A DNA stretch of 64,000 bases from a bacterium (GCA_043803945.1 JAZDJN010000056.1:24258-88257); one strand, 5' to 3'; numbered from the stretch's first letter, positions 39,196 through 49,217 are shown. The notes: generated from the sequence alone by a model not told the origin. Made by a program: numbers and translations.

Positions 39196-40354
39196 CAGAT
39201 GTGATTTCGTGGACTGTTTTAAAGAAACCCTTCTTTCGCACCGAGCTGATCTTCCAATTTACCGGCACGCTTTGATAACCCTCATCATACAATTCGCCTT
39301 CTCTCCGGTAATCAAAGAATCCCCATGAAGCATAGACTTGCACTGCTGCGACCAAATTATTGAATGGTTTCTCAAAATCATAATGATCATCCTCATTAAA
39401 GAGAATAGGCATTGGCTGGTAGCCGTCGACTTTTTTCGTTTCCTGCACCATTTCTTTAATTCTATTGGGATCGCTCACACCATTTCCATGGATGAGAATG
39501 AAATCGGAAGCTTGCACGACATTTGACGTTGGAATGGTGTTGCCGCCATAACTTGTTCCCACAAGAAAACGGAATCCCTTTCTTGCCTTATTCTTCACTC
39601 TGAGAATAAGTTCATGCACACGATCTTTTTTGAGAATTTCGTGGTCATAACTTTTAACGCTGCACTCATTATTGATCTCGATAAGGAGATTGGAATATTT
39701 ATGATCGAATAGCCAATCTATCGTTCGATCAACTGCATACACCACGGCAGCCTCATCTTGCAAAAGTTGATCCTGCCCGAAATAGAATAACCCGAGGATA
39801 ACAACCATATTGAGCTCATCAGCCCGGTTGAGAATTCTCTCAAGCCGTATACAATACTCTTTCCGGAGCGTGCCATCAGGAACAAAGGCAGAGTTGATCC
39901 AGCCCTTATTGCCGTATCCTGTCGGACTTCCCCCTTGCAGATTCAGCGTAAAGGCAAGCACGCCATGGCTCTTCCACTCTTCCATTGCTTGAATGAACTC
40001 GTTGGTGTTCCGGTCTGGATTCCATTGTCGAGTGTCAGGATACTTCCACTGATCACGCGTCGAAGGATTGAGATCATCAAATATCCCCTGAACCATTCGT
40101 GTATTCATGAGGAGCCCTTCAATCGGGTGCCCCTGCCACATGCGGCCTTCGTAGGTCGGTGTACCATTGATGAAAAACTTTTCGCCTCGAATCTCGACAA
40201 CGGTTTTCGGAGCCGGCTGTGAATACAGGTGAGAAGAGGCGAGGAATAACATGAGGAGTGTTATGGTTCTAAGTGATTGATACTTTTTCAAATGTGGATC
40301 TATTCGTTTTCGATCTATGACATAGTGATTGAATCGAATCAACCTCGTTTTCAT
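39188..40354 (-). CDS. Secreted hypothetical protein, probable clan GH-A (GH5-like) TIM-barrel glycoside hydrolase
   Basis: Signal-like segment. FFINGTPTY, LIEINNEC (candidate acid/base NE), ILIHGNG, PILFNEDD (candidate nucleophile), SWGFFD. Confidence 0.55.
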   Translation of the reverse strand: MKTRLIRFNHYVIDRKRIDPHLKKYQSLRTITLLMLFLASSHLYSQPAPKTVVEIRGEKFFINGTPTYEGRMWQGHPIEGLLMNTRMVQGIFDDLNPSTRDQWKYPDTRQWNPDRNTNEFIQAMEEWKSHGVLAFTLNLQGGSPTGYGNKGWINSAFVPDGTLRKEYCIRLERILNRADELNMVVILGLFYFGQDQLLQDEAAVVYAVDRTIDWLFDHKYSNLLIEINNECSVKSYDHEILKKDRVHELILRVKNKARKGFRFLVGTSYGGNTIPTSNVVQASDFILIHGNGVSDPNRIKEMVQETKKVDGYQPMPILFNEDDHYDFEKPFNNLVAAVQVYASWGFFDYRREGELYDEGYQSVPVNWKISSVRKKGFFKTVHEITSGE

Positions 40355-42795
40355 TCTTCGGTAAATTTCTCCACTTTAATTCTCATAATAGTAACTGAAT
40401 TGGCTGGAAATGGATAGGTAAAATTTTTCGAAATGTATTCCAGTGTCGTCGTCTTCGGAATAATCTTTTCGGGATATTCCAGCGAGTTCTCATCCGTTCC
40501 ACTCTCCGAAGTCAGGGTGATCACGCTCCCCTGCGGAATGACCTTTTCAGCATCGGCTAATTGAAGTTGAGTCAGAATTGGTTTCCCGGAGACATTGACA
40601 ACTTTCAGGATGAGTTCATGCTGCGCTTCGTCTCGTGTCACTACGGCATGCAATGGCTGCACTTGCTGCTGTTCATACTTCACATCGTGAATCAGTGTGC
40701 CATCGAGATAGCACTGCACGGTCTGCCCCTGCACATTGATTTTCACATCATGCCAGCGCCCCGTTTCAATGCTCCCCTGGACTCCTTTGCCAAGAAGCGA
40801 CTTTTCTCCCTTCTCACTGACCTCAATGGCGTGCTGTGTATTACCCCAGCCGGCAATGTTCCACCAGGCCCATGTATCGTCATCCTTCACCGAGAAGAGA
40901 ATCAGAAATCCTTCCGCCCCTCCCAATTTACGGGCTTTCAGTGTGATTGTGTAATCTTTCCATGACGTCTCCCCGGCAACCGAGTGGACGTCATTACTAT
41001 TGGAGAGTTGTTGGTATGCTCCCTCATGGACTTTCCAGTCGCCGCTAAGCGATCGCCACTCCTTTGCACTCTTCACAAAATCGCTTTGATAGACTACCTT
41101 ATCACCAATGGTTACTTTGATATCTTTGTATTCAGACTGCGTGTTCCAGGTTCCTACACCGATTTTTCCGTTACGCTCCGGTAACGGATCAGGAGGCAAG
41201 TTCTGCTGACGGATTTCCATCGGGACAACCACGTCACCAAGATTTTCCCTGAAGATTTTTTGCACGTAGTATGAAGGAGTACCATAGACTGTTGTATTGT
41301 TGAAATTGATCAGGTCAGGATTCCATTTCTTATAGTTGACGTTTGCAAAGAGGGGTGCATAGGATGCCATTACCACGACATCCGAGTTGCGCTCCATGCC
41401 GGTCATGAATGCAGCCTCTCCCAACGCCGCACGTAGATTGCCTGTCCCGCAGCCGCTTGTTACGGCATATTCACCAACGTACACTTTCGGTCCAGACCGA
41501 TCGTAGCTGTCGTATAGTGATGCATTCCTTATAAAAAAATTAGGGTTGGAATAGTAGTGTTCGTCGATGATTTCGATGGGCCGGTTTTTGGGATAACCAC
41601 CCCAGACATTGGCGATGAGATGCACATCAGGATACTTCGCTTTGATGGCTTCATGAAAGAGAGCGTACCGATCACGATAGGCGGGGCCGCCGTTTTCGTT
41701 TCCAATTTCGAGATATTTAAGGTTGAATGGTTTCGGATGCCCGTTCCTTGTACGCATAGCTCCCCACTTACTGTCAGTTGGGCCATTAGCATACTCGATT
41801 GCATCGAGTGCATCCTGCACCCACTCATTCATCTGGTCAAGAGGAACAACTCCGCGATGCGACATTCCACAATTAATAACAAACAGCGGCTCAGCTTCCA
41901 GATCTTCGCACATCTGTAGATACTCGTGATAGCCAAGACCATGCGTGGAATAGTATTGCCAGATGTTGTATTGTGTTCTTCGTTCGGCAATCGGGCCGAC
42001 GGTTTGCTTCCACCGGTAGGCAAGCGGAAGAGTATCTCCTTCGACCCAGCAACCGCCCGGGAATCGAACAAACATAGGATGTAATCCTGTAAGCATTGAT
42101 GCGAGGTCATAGCGCAAACCATTGCTTCTTGATTTGAATGTACGTTGAGGAAAGAGCGAGACCATATCGAACCAGAGTGTTCCCGGTGATGCCGTTTTGA
42201 TAACGAGCCGTGTATGCGCATCAGTTGCATTTGCAGTTAGAAGAAGCTCATACTTCTTCCAGCCTGAGCTTATGTTCTCTATTTTTCCTGAAGCAAGAAT
42301 TTTTCCACTGACATTTTCGAGTGATACAACCAGGCTGCCGGAAAAATTTCCAGAGCTGTGCGCTGAAAAAGAAAAACCGTACTTCTCCTGCTCCCGCACA
42401 GCAATCCCCCAATATCCTTCGGATGCAATTCCCACGGCACCGGTTCCACCTGAAGGAATATCGACTCGGAGCGCTCGCGTGTTGAATTCGGTCTGACCCG
42501 TTAACTTCTCAACCTTATATGATCCTTTTCGTGACCCTTCGGAGATCAGCTCCCAATAGTTAGGTCTCTCGGATTCTTCATAAGAGCGGTTTCGAATCAT
42601 CTCTGCATATAGTCCACCGTCGCCGGCGTGATTAATCTCCTCGAAGAAGAGACCGTACATCACGGGACCGATTCTAGGGCCCTGCTTTCCCGTGTGGACA
42701 ATAAGCTGTGCCTGAGCATGCAATAACACGCGAGAACATACCAACAATATCAACAACAAAGAAAATGAGATTCGATTCATTATTGTAATCCTCAT
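40351..42795 (-). CDS. Alpha-L-arabinofuranosidase (GH51) with CBM4-like N-domain and inserted lectin-like domain
   Basis: GLFFEEINHAGDGGLYAE, RFPGGC, LEIGNEN, IDEHYY, YVGEYA, MERNSDVV, YAPLF. Confidence 0.93.
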   Translation of the reverse strand: MRITIMNRISFSLLLILLVCSRVLLHAQAQLIVHTGKQGPRIGPVMYGLFFEEINHAGDGGLYAEMIRNRSYEESERPNYWELISEGSRKGSYKVEKLTGQTEFNTRALRVDIPSGGTGAVGIASEGYWGIAVREQEKYGFSFSAHSSGNFSGSLVVSLENVSGKILASGKIENISSGWKKYELLLTANATDAHTRLVIKTASPGTLWFDMVSLFPQRTFKSRSNGLRYDLASMLTGLHPMFVRFPGGCWVEGDTLPLAYRWKQTVGPIAERRTQYNIWQYYSTHGLGYHEYLQMCEDLEAEPLFVINCGMSHRGVVPLDQMNEWVQDALDAIEYANGPTDSKWGAMRTRNGHPKPFNLKYLEIGNENGGPAYRDRYALFHEAIKAKYPDVHLIANVWGGYPKNRPIEIIDEHYYSNPNFFIRNASLYDSYDRSGPKVYVGEYAVTSGCGTGNLRAALGEAAFMTGMERNSDVVVMASYAPLFANVNYKKWNPDLINFNNTTVYGTPSYYVQKIFRENLGDVVVPMEIRQQNLPPDPLPERNGKIGVGTWNTQSEYKDIKVTIGDKVVYQSDFVKSAKEWRSLSGDWKVHEGAYQQLSNSNDVHSVAGETSWKDYTITLKARKLGGAEGFLILFSVKDDDTWAWWNIAGWGNTQHAIEVSEKGEKSLLGKGVQGSIETGRWHDVKINVQGQTVQCYLDGTLIHDVKYEQQQVQPLHAVVTRDEAQHELILKVVNVSGKPILTQLQLADAEKVIPQGSVITLTSESGTDENSLEYPEKIIPKTTTLEYISKNFTYPFPANSVTIMRIKVEKFTEE

Positions 42796-42840
42796 TCAGA
42801 ACTCTGCCATAATTGTTAAGCGAAAATCAAATCCCCCGTA

Positions 42841-42859
42841 CCCCCTTTACGAAAGGGGG
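42841..42859. repeat. Short REP-like hairpin at the left border of the IS1595 island; degenerate direct copy at 45134-45150
   Basis: CCCCCTTTACGAAAGGGGG versus CCCCATTACGAAAGAGG. Confidence 0.55.
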
Positions 42860-42921
42860 ATATATACATAGCAAACCCAAAGGGGAAATAGAACATTGAA
42901 AACCATAAAAAGGATTTTTAA

Positions 42922-43044
42922 TCACTTCTTCGGATGTGGCGGAACTTGAACGATCCGTCGCATTGCTTCTTCAAAACTCATTTCGGGTTTTGGAGGTTTA
43001 TCGCGCTTGGGTGTTGTCGCTGTGATCGGTTTTTGTTTTTTCAT
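42922..43044 (-). CDS. Small basic protein (40 aa) at the 3' end of the IS1595-derived element
   Basis: Below the ORF-track cutoff. MKKQKPITATTPKRDKPPKPEMSFEEAMRRIVQVPPHPKK*, starting 2 nt after the upstream stop. Confidence 0.55.
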   Translation of the reverse strand: MKKQKPITATTPKRDKPPKPEMSFEEAMRRIVQVPPHPKK

Positions 43045-43045
43045 T

Positions 43046-43903
43046 TTAATTCATTCCACAATACTTCGGATTCATAATCAATTGATTCCTTTGTTTATTC
43101 CGTTCAAGACAGTACCATGTCAAGTGTCTTTCATTGAATATGTCGCTATAACTAATAACACCATAGAGTACAATTGTCTTCCTTCCCTCTGCAATAGCGA
43201 TAGATTCCTCATGAGTATATATTCCATAAATACCCAACTTAGATTCGCGAATATCAGAACCAAGGGCAATTCCTCCTTTCGTGTTTCTCAAAGCAACCTT
43301 AAAAACTTCATCAAGATAATCCTGCCGCATAGTGTCAATGACCAGACAATTATTGACATGAAAATAATTAAACGCTGGTGTTTTTCCCACATTCTTACTC
43401 CAATATGTTGCGGATATTTTCTGACCGACGATCAAATTGATTACTATAACATCAGTGTCATGAACAACATACGGGCGCATTTCAATTTTAGAAACGCGCT
43501 CGTAATTCTCAACATTTTTTCTACCAAGCACGATAGAGCTTTCGGCAGCAGCCACGGATTTGTTCGCGATATAAAAAGACCTTGCGCTGGAAGCATCGGC
43601 AGAATCCGCTATTTGTTTGGAAAGTTCGTAGGAAGCTTGTGCAGAACGAGCGGCATCGGTAGCCGCCTTCGTTTGTTCGGCAGCATATTGAGCGGTTTTC
43701 CAAGTGAAGAAAGAAAGTATTATAGTAATAACAACCAAAATCCACTCCGTGACACTTCCCCACTCAATCTTACCCTCGTTAACAATGACCCGAATGGGCG
43801 TGTTATTTTTTTTCAGATCATCGGATTCTTGGTTTTCTTCATTGGTTGCATTCTTGGATTTCTCTTCTTGCTCGCCTGTAGGAATGGATTCATTCATAGA
43901 CAT
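43046..43903 (-). CDS. Hypothetical single-TM protein with Ala-rich coiled-coil (passenger gene)
   Basis: Acidic N-tail, TM WILVVITIILSFFTW, AAEQTKAATDAARSA helix, RPYV...KNVGKTPA soluble domain. SD GGGGA. Confidence 0.65.
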   Translation of the reverse strand: MSMNESIPTGEQEEKSKNATNEENQESDDLKKNNTPIRVIVNEGKIEWGSVTEWILVVITIILSFFTWKTAQYAAEQTKAATDAARSAQASYELSKQIADSADASSARSFYIANKSVAAAESSIVLGRKNVENYERVSKIEMRPYVVHDTDVIVINLIVGQKISATYWSKNVGKTPAFNYFHVNNCLVIDTMRQDYLDEVFKVALRNTKGGIALGSDIRESKLGIYGIYTHEESIAIAEGRKTIVLYGVISYSDIFNERHLTWYCLERNKQRNQLIMNPKYCGMN

Positions 43904-44037
43904 TTCCCCAAGTTTTACTGGAAGATACTTTTTTTATTAATCATTGTCGCGTTGATTTATTCCGGATTAAGATTAATATCGTTTAGTATTCAATACGAAC
44001 TTTATCCACTATCATTTCATAAGCAGAGTGTTGTGGT

Positions 44038-44739
44038 TTACGTTTCTTCATATAATTTCAAATGGTGTATCCCAAGAAAAATTCTTGGATAACGCATGTC
44101 TGTAATTTCAGCCCATACCTCGAACAACGTATTCTTGGGTGCGATTTTGATTTCTGGATGCTCGTTAATATCTATAACGCCGTCAATTCGATTAAGGAAG
44201 CATATTTCAACTATAGAAGAGTCGTTGTTTTTTAGAATGTGTTCAAGTGCAAGTATCCAATGAATCCTCAAATTAACATAGGATTTAATTATCGCATCTT
44301 GTTGAAATGGTGGATGACGGTCAACGTCAGAACGAATCTCTAATGAACTCGGTTTATCAGAAAACAATGACTTGTCAAGAATCTCTGGAATTTTCTCATA
44401 GGGAAAAGGTGGGTAAGCAGAATCAGTATTTTCACCCGTGGATGGAGTTGTCTCTGCTTGCTTTAAAGTTTTCTTGTAAAGAAATCGGCGATCAAGTAAA
44501 ACAAAAAATGTAATAAGAGAAAAGATATATGTGGCTACAATTACATGATCCACAATCTGCCACTTTATTGGCGTTGTGCATAGGATATGTAGCAGCACTT
44601 TATTTAAGAAACTGTAAGCAGTTAATACGACTGTACCGACCACACCAAGAATTGCCATGGCCACTCCTTTTATGGACAGGGTTTCAATTTCTTGTAATAG
44701 TTTTTGGAAGTAATGTTCTATTGGATTTTTACTATTCAT
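44038..44739 (-). CDS. Hypothetical membrane protein, two TM segments (passenger gene)
   Basis: Two hydrophobic stretches followed by a soluble domain. ATGA overlap with the transposase remnant. Confidence 0.6.
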   Translation of the reverse strand: MNSKNPIEHYFQKLLQEIETLSIKGVAMAILGVVGTVVLTAYSFLNKVLLHILCTTPIKWQIVDHVIVATYIFSLITFFVLLDRRFLYKKTLKQAETTPSTGENTDSAYPPFPYEKIPEILDKSLFSDKPSSLEIRSDVDRHPPFQQDAIIKSYVNLRIHWILALEHILKNNDSSIVEICFLNRIDGVIDINEHPEIKIAPKNTLFEVWAEITDMRYPRIFLGIHHLKLYEET

Positions 44740-45100
44740 TTGTGGAAAAATGAATGGTTACCTACGGTTTTGCAATTATAGGTCAATCTTCCTTCACAAT
44801 CATTCAGCATAAGGCCGAACCTATTAGCGTCGGCAATATGCTTAGAATTACCCCTGAATTCAAATTCATCAACATAACGATCTAAATGCTTTCTACTGAC
44901 ATGATGATAGATACCATAAATACGACGTTTCAACATCGACCAAAAACTCTTAATGCCATTGGTGTGCGCTATCCCGCGAACATATTCTTTCTTGCTGTGA
45001 ACAACGACTTGGTGATCTTTGAATTCTTTATCCAAGTCCTTGTATCCGCCAAACTCGTCACTCATGATAATAAATTCGGGAGAAACATTTTCTCTGATAG
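44736..45100 (-). pseudogene. IS1595-family (ISXO2-like DDE) transposase fragment
   Basis: IRENVSPEFIIMSDEFGGY..VVHSKKEYVRGIAHTNGIKSFWSMLKR..GIYHHVSRKHLDRYVDEFEFR. The N-terminal Zn-finger/HTH and first Asp are missing, and the usual NxIE Glu is replaced by Lys. Confidence 0.88.
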
Positions 45101-45265
45101 GAGAATTAATCCTCGCATATAAATATCAACCTTCCCCATTACGAAAGAGGTAAATTGTTCCTGCAGGCGAACAACAATCATCAACAATTCCGCTCATTCG
45201 TTTGCCACGATATAATCAAATGGAAAACAAATTATCCTTCGGGTAAACTATACTGAGCTCTTACC

Positions 45266-47383
45266 TTAATTTTTCACAGATCGAGTGTAAGTAGCTTTCC
45301 ATTGCATCTCAATGTTCTTCTCCGAACGAAGAGTAATCTTTACCATTCTTCCATCCCGCTCGATTCTTTCTGCCTTCAATTGAGGAGAGTCGAAGTTTTG
45401 AAGCACATACCCTTCCGGCTCACTCAAATAGAGAACATACGGATCGCCTGCGACGAGCATACTCTTACCTGCCAGATCTTCTCCGCTCCAGCGAACGTCT
45501 GTCATCTCGAGTCCGCCGCACGTGATATGACGGCTTGATGCCAACACCTGGGGATATTGTTTTCGCTCACGAATACAAAATGCTTGTGAACGGAATTTAG
45601 CATCGATTTGACCCGGAGGAAATGATGCCTGGAAACTTCCAAGCAGCTTCTTGCTCCAGAACTCGAAGACATAATATTCCTTCGATGGATCGAGTCCAAG
45701 ATCGGCAAATCGAATCTCGTTGAATTCGCCGCCGGTGCGACCAAGAATATTCCACCGCTCAAACGGCCTGTTCAACTCAAGCTGATACAAATGACAATTC
45801 GGAGTATAGCCGGCATCAAAGGGCCGCGGGCCGCTGCCGCTTACTTCAACATCAACGCCGGAAAGCAGATCGGAGCGTGAGGGATCGACATCATAAATCT
45901 GTCCGGGCAGTGTAAAGAGTACGGGCACGGTTCGCTTTGCCGGCTCGATGATATTCGTGCGATAGACCGCAGGCTTATCCGTGAGCATAAAGAGCGAACC
46001 GGTGAGAGAGGTAACCATTGTTGAGCGATACGCATCGTCATTAAGCTCAATATGATCGGGATCGTTTCGCCAGATGACATTATTGAAGGAGTTATATTGC
46101 GACAATCCGGCATAGGCAAAACCGTCGTCCCCGATGCGGCATCCATCAATCAATCCGATGAGCTCCGGACGAATACCCCAGCAACCGAGAATAAAATAGT
46201 CCGGTCCAATCTGCTTGCGGATCGATTGCATGTATTTGCGATATGTTGGAACGAGAGCAACCTTCTTCTTTTCAAAATAGTCGCGGTAGGAATTATATCC
46301 CTCATAGCGCAGATGCCGTAGTGCATCAACCTTGAAGTATTCCCAGCCCTGTTCCCGCAATCCCCGATAGAGAGGATCCACAACCTGTTTCAAGGCCTCC
46401 GGATTAGAGGCATCGAGGATATATTCGATCCAGTTTCCTCGTGCCGGATTTCCATCGGCGTCTTTCACAAACCACAATGGATGTTGATTGACATACTCCT
46501 GCTGGTCGATCGTAGCCGCAGTCCAGAGTCCGGGTTTTAATCCTTTACTCTTGATGTACTCTGCAAGATACTTTAAGCCATTGGGAAATTTCTGGTTCGG
46601 TGTCAGCCAGAGCTGCGGATCGCCTTTGCCGCGCTGGTAGCCATCGTCGATCTGAAAATACTCATATCCGAATTTACCGAGTGCTCCCGAAAACACATCG
46701 GCGGTTTCAATAACATCCTGCTCGGTAACCTTGTCGAAAAAGGCAAACCACGATATCCAGCCAGCAACAGAGTGTTGCCATACGTTGTATGTCCATGGTT
46801 CAAAGAACTCCAGGCCACGATGTTTTTGATAATATCGTGGCTTGAACCTGATGATGATTTCTCTTCCTTCAACCGTCATAGAAAATGAACGCTGCCGCTC
46901 AAGCTCCTCCATCGGCTTAATAGCACATTGCGAACCTACATCAACGGATAACACCCAATCACGTTTTCTATCATAGATAGCTCTATTGCGGAGATTATGA
47001 CTCAGGCCTGAAGTATGCCGTACAAGCAACGGCCCGCGATTCGGCCGGTCGACTTCACACGGAAAGGCCTCTTCGCTGGCAAAGACCTTCGCCTCCAGCT
47101 TGATCCGGCAATTCCAATCACTGCTCGTTAACAGGAGATACTGATCTAATTTGTCGCCGTTACAGACTACTCCGACTTTGTGCTTGATTGCCTTCTCATC
47201 AACATTCATCTCGGCGGCAAAGATTGTTTGTGTATCGTACTTAATCGTGATTTTTGTTCCAACGATTTCTATTGTCGCCTGTGCAAGTGGTGGTATCATT
47301 GATTTTGATTGAGCAATGGAAAGCTGGTAAAACATCAGCAAAGCCAACACAAGAGGGATTGTTTTCAATACCTGCTTCGTCAT
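45266..47383 (-). CDS. Clan GH-D glycoside hydrolase (GH27/GH36-like alpha-galactosidase or beta-L-arabinopyranosidase)
   Basis: GWISW, FQIDDGYQ, KFPNGLK, GLKPGLW, YFKVDAL (nucleophile), CRIGDD, NDPDH. Signal peptide. Confidence 0.82.
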   Translation of the reverse strand: MTKQVLKTIPLVLALLMFYQLSIAQSKSMIPPLAQATIEIVGTKITIKYDTQTIFAAEMNVDEKAIKHKVGVVCNGDKLDQYLLLTSSDWNCRIKLEAKVFASEEAFPCEVDRPNRGPLLVRHTSGLSHNLRNRAIYDRKRDWVLSVDVGSQCAIKPMEELERQRSFSMTVEGREIIIRFKPRYYQKHRGLEFFEPWTYNVWQHSVAGWISWFAFFDKVTEQDVIETADVFSGALGKFGYEYFQIDDGYQRGKGDPQLWLTPNQKFPNGLKYLAEYIKSKGLKPGLWTAATIDQQEYVNQHPLWFVKDADGNPARGNWIEYILDASNPEALKQVVDPLYRGLREQGWEYFKVDALRHLRYEGYNSYRDYFEKKKVALVPTYRKYMQSIRKQIGPDYFILGCWGIRPELIGLIDGCRIGDDGFAYAGLSQYNSFNNVIWRNDPDHIELNDDAYRSTMVTSLTGSLFMLTDKPAVYRTNIIEPAKRTVPVLFTLPGQIYDVDPSRSDLLSGVDVEVSGSGPRPFDAGYTPNCHLYQLELNRPFERWNILGRTGGEFNEIRFADLGLDPSKEYYVFEFWSKKLLGSFQASFPPGQIDAKFRSQAFCIRERKQYPQVLASSRHITCGGLEMTDVRWSGEDLAGKSMLVAGDPYVLYLSEPEGYVLQNFDSPQLKAERIERDGRMVKITLRSEKNIEMQWKATYTRSVKN

Positions 47384-47477
47384 AAGATCACTAGTCCTTT
47401 TACAATCAATGGGTAAAGGTAACTGCTCAATACTTATCAGAATTCAAAATCAAAAAGAAGTAGTAGTTTCGGCTCCT

Positions 47478-48938
47478 TCAACAAATCTGAACCACCTCGA
47501 GTCCAAGAAGTGCTGCCAGCTTGTGTATCTTGCCGGCAATGTGACCAACACCGATGGCACAATGATGTGCCGGTCCCTGCTCACTCCAGCGTTCGATAAA
47601 CTTTTTCATACCAAGAGAAAATTTATAGCGGCTGTTTGTGTTGCCAATCTCCAGAATGGGGCCTTGCACCGATTCACCTTCAGCAACGAGCAGCTTGAGC
47701 TTCCCCTCCTTTGTTTGTACGACTGCAAGAAGTGTCACAGGCCCGTTCTTCACTTTCATCTCGATGGAGAGCCCTTTTCCGGGTTTACCGTGGAATACAC
47801 CCAGCGGTTTGAGAACCGGCTTTCCTTCGGCAATGGCGAGATGGCCGGGCCCATCGTGCCCCATGAGGAGCACATCGTCGTTAAAGTCCATCGCGTAGAA
47901 TTCACTGAATGATCCTCCTGCGCCGAAGGCATCCATAATTTTCATTGCCTGAGCATTCTTCACCTCGCATTCGCCTGCCACCGGTATGCCGCGAGCGGTG
48001 AGCAAGGAATTACCAGCAATGACCGAGGTGACAATGTCCTCCTCTACGCTTCCTGGTGTTCCTTCATAGTAGTATGCCAGCGAACCGAGTTTCTTTTGCA
48101 CGACAAGTTTATCAAGTGCACACGACGTTTTTGCGGCGCGCTCTAATTCCGGTTGCGTGCACTCTGCCGAGACTGAAAACTGTTTTCGGAACTCCTGCAT
48201 TTTTTCCTCAATCTCCTTCTTCGTCACCGTCTGCCGTAAAACTTTCAGTTCGCCGATCTCAAGGTGTTCGATGTGTGTTCCAAAATGAACAGACTGCTGC
48301 GTCGGGTCAGAATAGACATCGAGCATACCGTTGTAGTAGTGACCCATGATCCCCAACCGATTTGTCGCCATAACCTCCGCCACATGTGCCGCTTCGACCC
48401 ATTCTTTCAACTCTGTCCATGCAGCGGCGTCATCCAGCGTACCGGTGACCTGGTGAAATGGGATATTGGATCGATTGAAGACATTGGCAATCTCCGGCAC
48501 GGCACATGCCTGACAATAAGCCAGCCATTCTCCGGTCATTTTCCCGCGATCACCGAGAGCATTAAACCATTGATAGTTTATTGCCTTTGTTGGCTGGAGG
48601 TTGAGAATGATAACAGGCACCTTGACTTTTTGTACGACGGGCAGGACTGTGGATGACAGGGCATAGGTAGAAACATAGAGAAAAATGATTTTCACATCTT
48701 TCATCTTGAAAAGCTCGGCGGCAGCCGCTGCCTTCTCAACATTATCCACAAGTCCGGCTGAGATCACCGTTGCTCCCGTCGCCTGCAGATTGTTCTGAAT
48801 GGTACCGAGATATCCTTCAAGGCGTTCACGAAGGCCGGCGAATTGTCCCCAGTACGTATCAAGCCCGATACCGAAGAGGCCTACTTTCGCGGATGCTTTT
48901 TGTCCATCGACTTGGGGAATTTCATTTGATCTTTTCAT
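47478..48938 (-). CDS. L-arabinose/L-fucose isomerase family protein
   Basis: KVGLFGIGLDTYW, PVAGECEVKN, GGSFSEF, MGHDGPGH, GPVTLL, IGNTN, GPAHHCAIGVGH. Start with SD GGAGAG at 48938; an in-frame upstream start exists at 49013. Confidence 0.85.
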   Translation of the reverse strand: MKRSNEIPQVDGQKASAKVGLFGIGLDTYWGQFAGLRERLEGYLGTIQNNLQATGATVISAGLVDNVEKAAAAAELFKMKDVKIIFLYVSTYALSSTVLPVVQKVKVPVIILNLQPTKAINYQWFNALGDRGKMTGEWLAYCQACAVPEIANVFNRSNIPFHQVTGTLDDAAAWTELKEWVEAAHVAEVMATNRLGIMGHYYNGMLDVYSDPTQQSVHFGTHIEHLEIGELKVLRQTVTKKEIEEKMQEFRKQFSVSAECTQPELERAAKTSCALDKLVVQKKLGSLAYYYEGTPGSVEEDIVTSVIAGNSLLTARGIPVAGECEVKNAQAMKIMDAFGAGGSFSEFYAMDFNDDVLLMGHDGPGHLAIAEGKPVLKPLGVFHGKPGKGLSIEMKVKNGPVTLLAVVQTKEGKLKLLVAEGESVQGPILEIGNTNSRYKFSLGMKKFIERWSEQGPAHHCAIGVGHIAGKIHKLAALLGLEVVQIC

Positions 48939-49217
48939 GCTCTCTCCAGTATATAGCGGAATAAGAAGGAAGAACAAAAGGTTAACAAGAATGATGCACT
49001 TTTTTGATCTCATAATTCGTCACCCTTCTCCAAAAATGATATTCGCCGCCATGCCCACCTGAAAAGAATCTCTAAGGGCAGGCGGGCAAGTGCGCCAAGA
49101 AATAGTAGATCGGTATTATATATTGATGATGAGTATTCTTCTCAAAAAAATCTTCGTGTCCTTCGTGGTTAATTCTGTGTTTAAAGATCTATGTTGAAGG
49201 TTATCAAACCTGAGTAC

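Larger units (their letters stand above)
42856..45131 (-). mobile_element. Decayed IS1595-family element with passenger genes
   Basis: Truncated ISXO2-type transposase, two AT-rich membrane-protein ORFs and a small terminal ORF. Visibly AT-richer than the flanks. Candidate imperfect ends GGGGATATATACATAGC (42856) and GCATATAAATATCAACC (45115-45131). Confidence 0.65.

Noticed and set aside
43007-44092. 361-aa plus-strand ORF
   Set aside because: Antisense shadow of the 43046-43903 gene. It has a TTG start, no recognisable motif and atypical composition, whereas the minus-strand genes have SD sites and tight coupling.
49152-49172. CTTCGTGTCCTTCGTGGTTAA short tandem motif
   Set aside because: Single occurrence in the window; cannot be supported as a functional element here.
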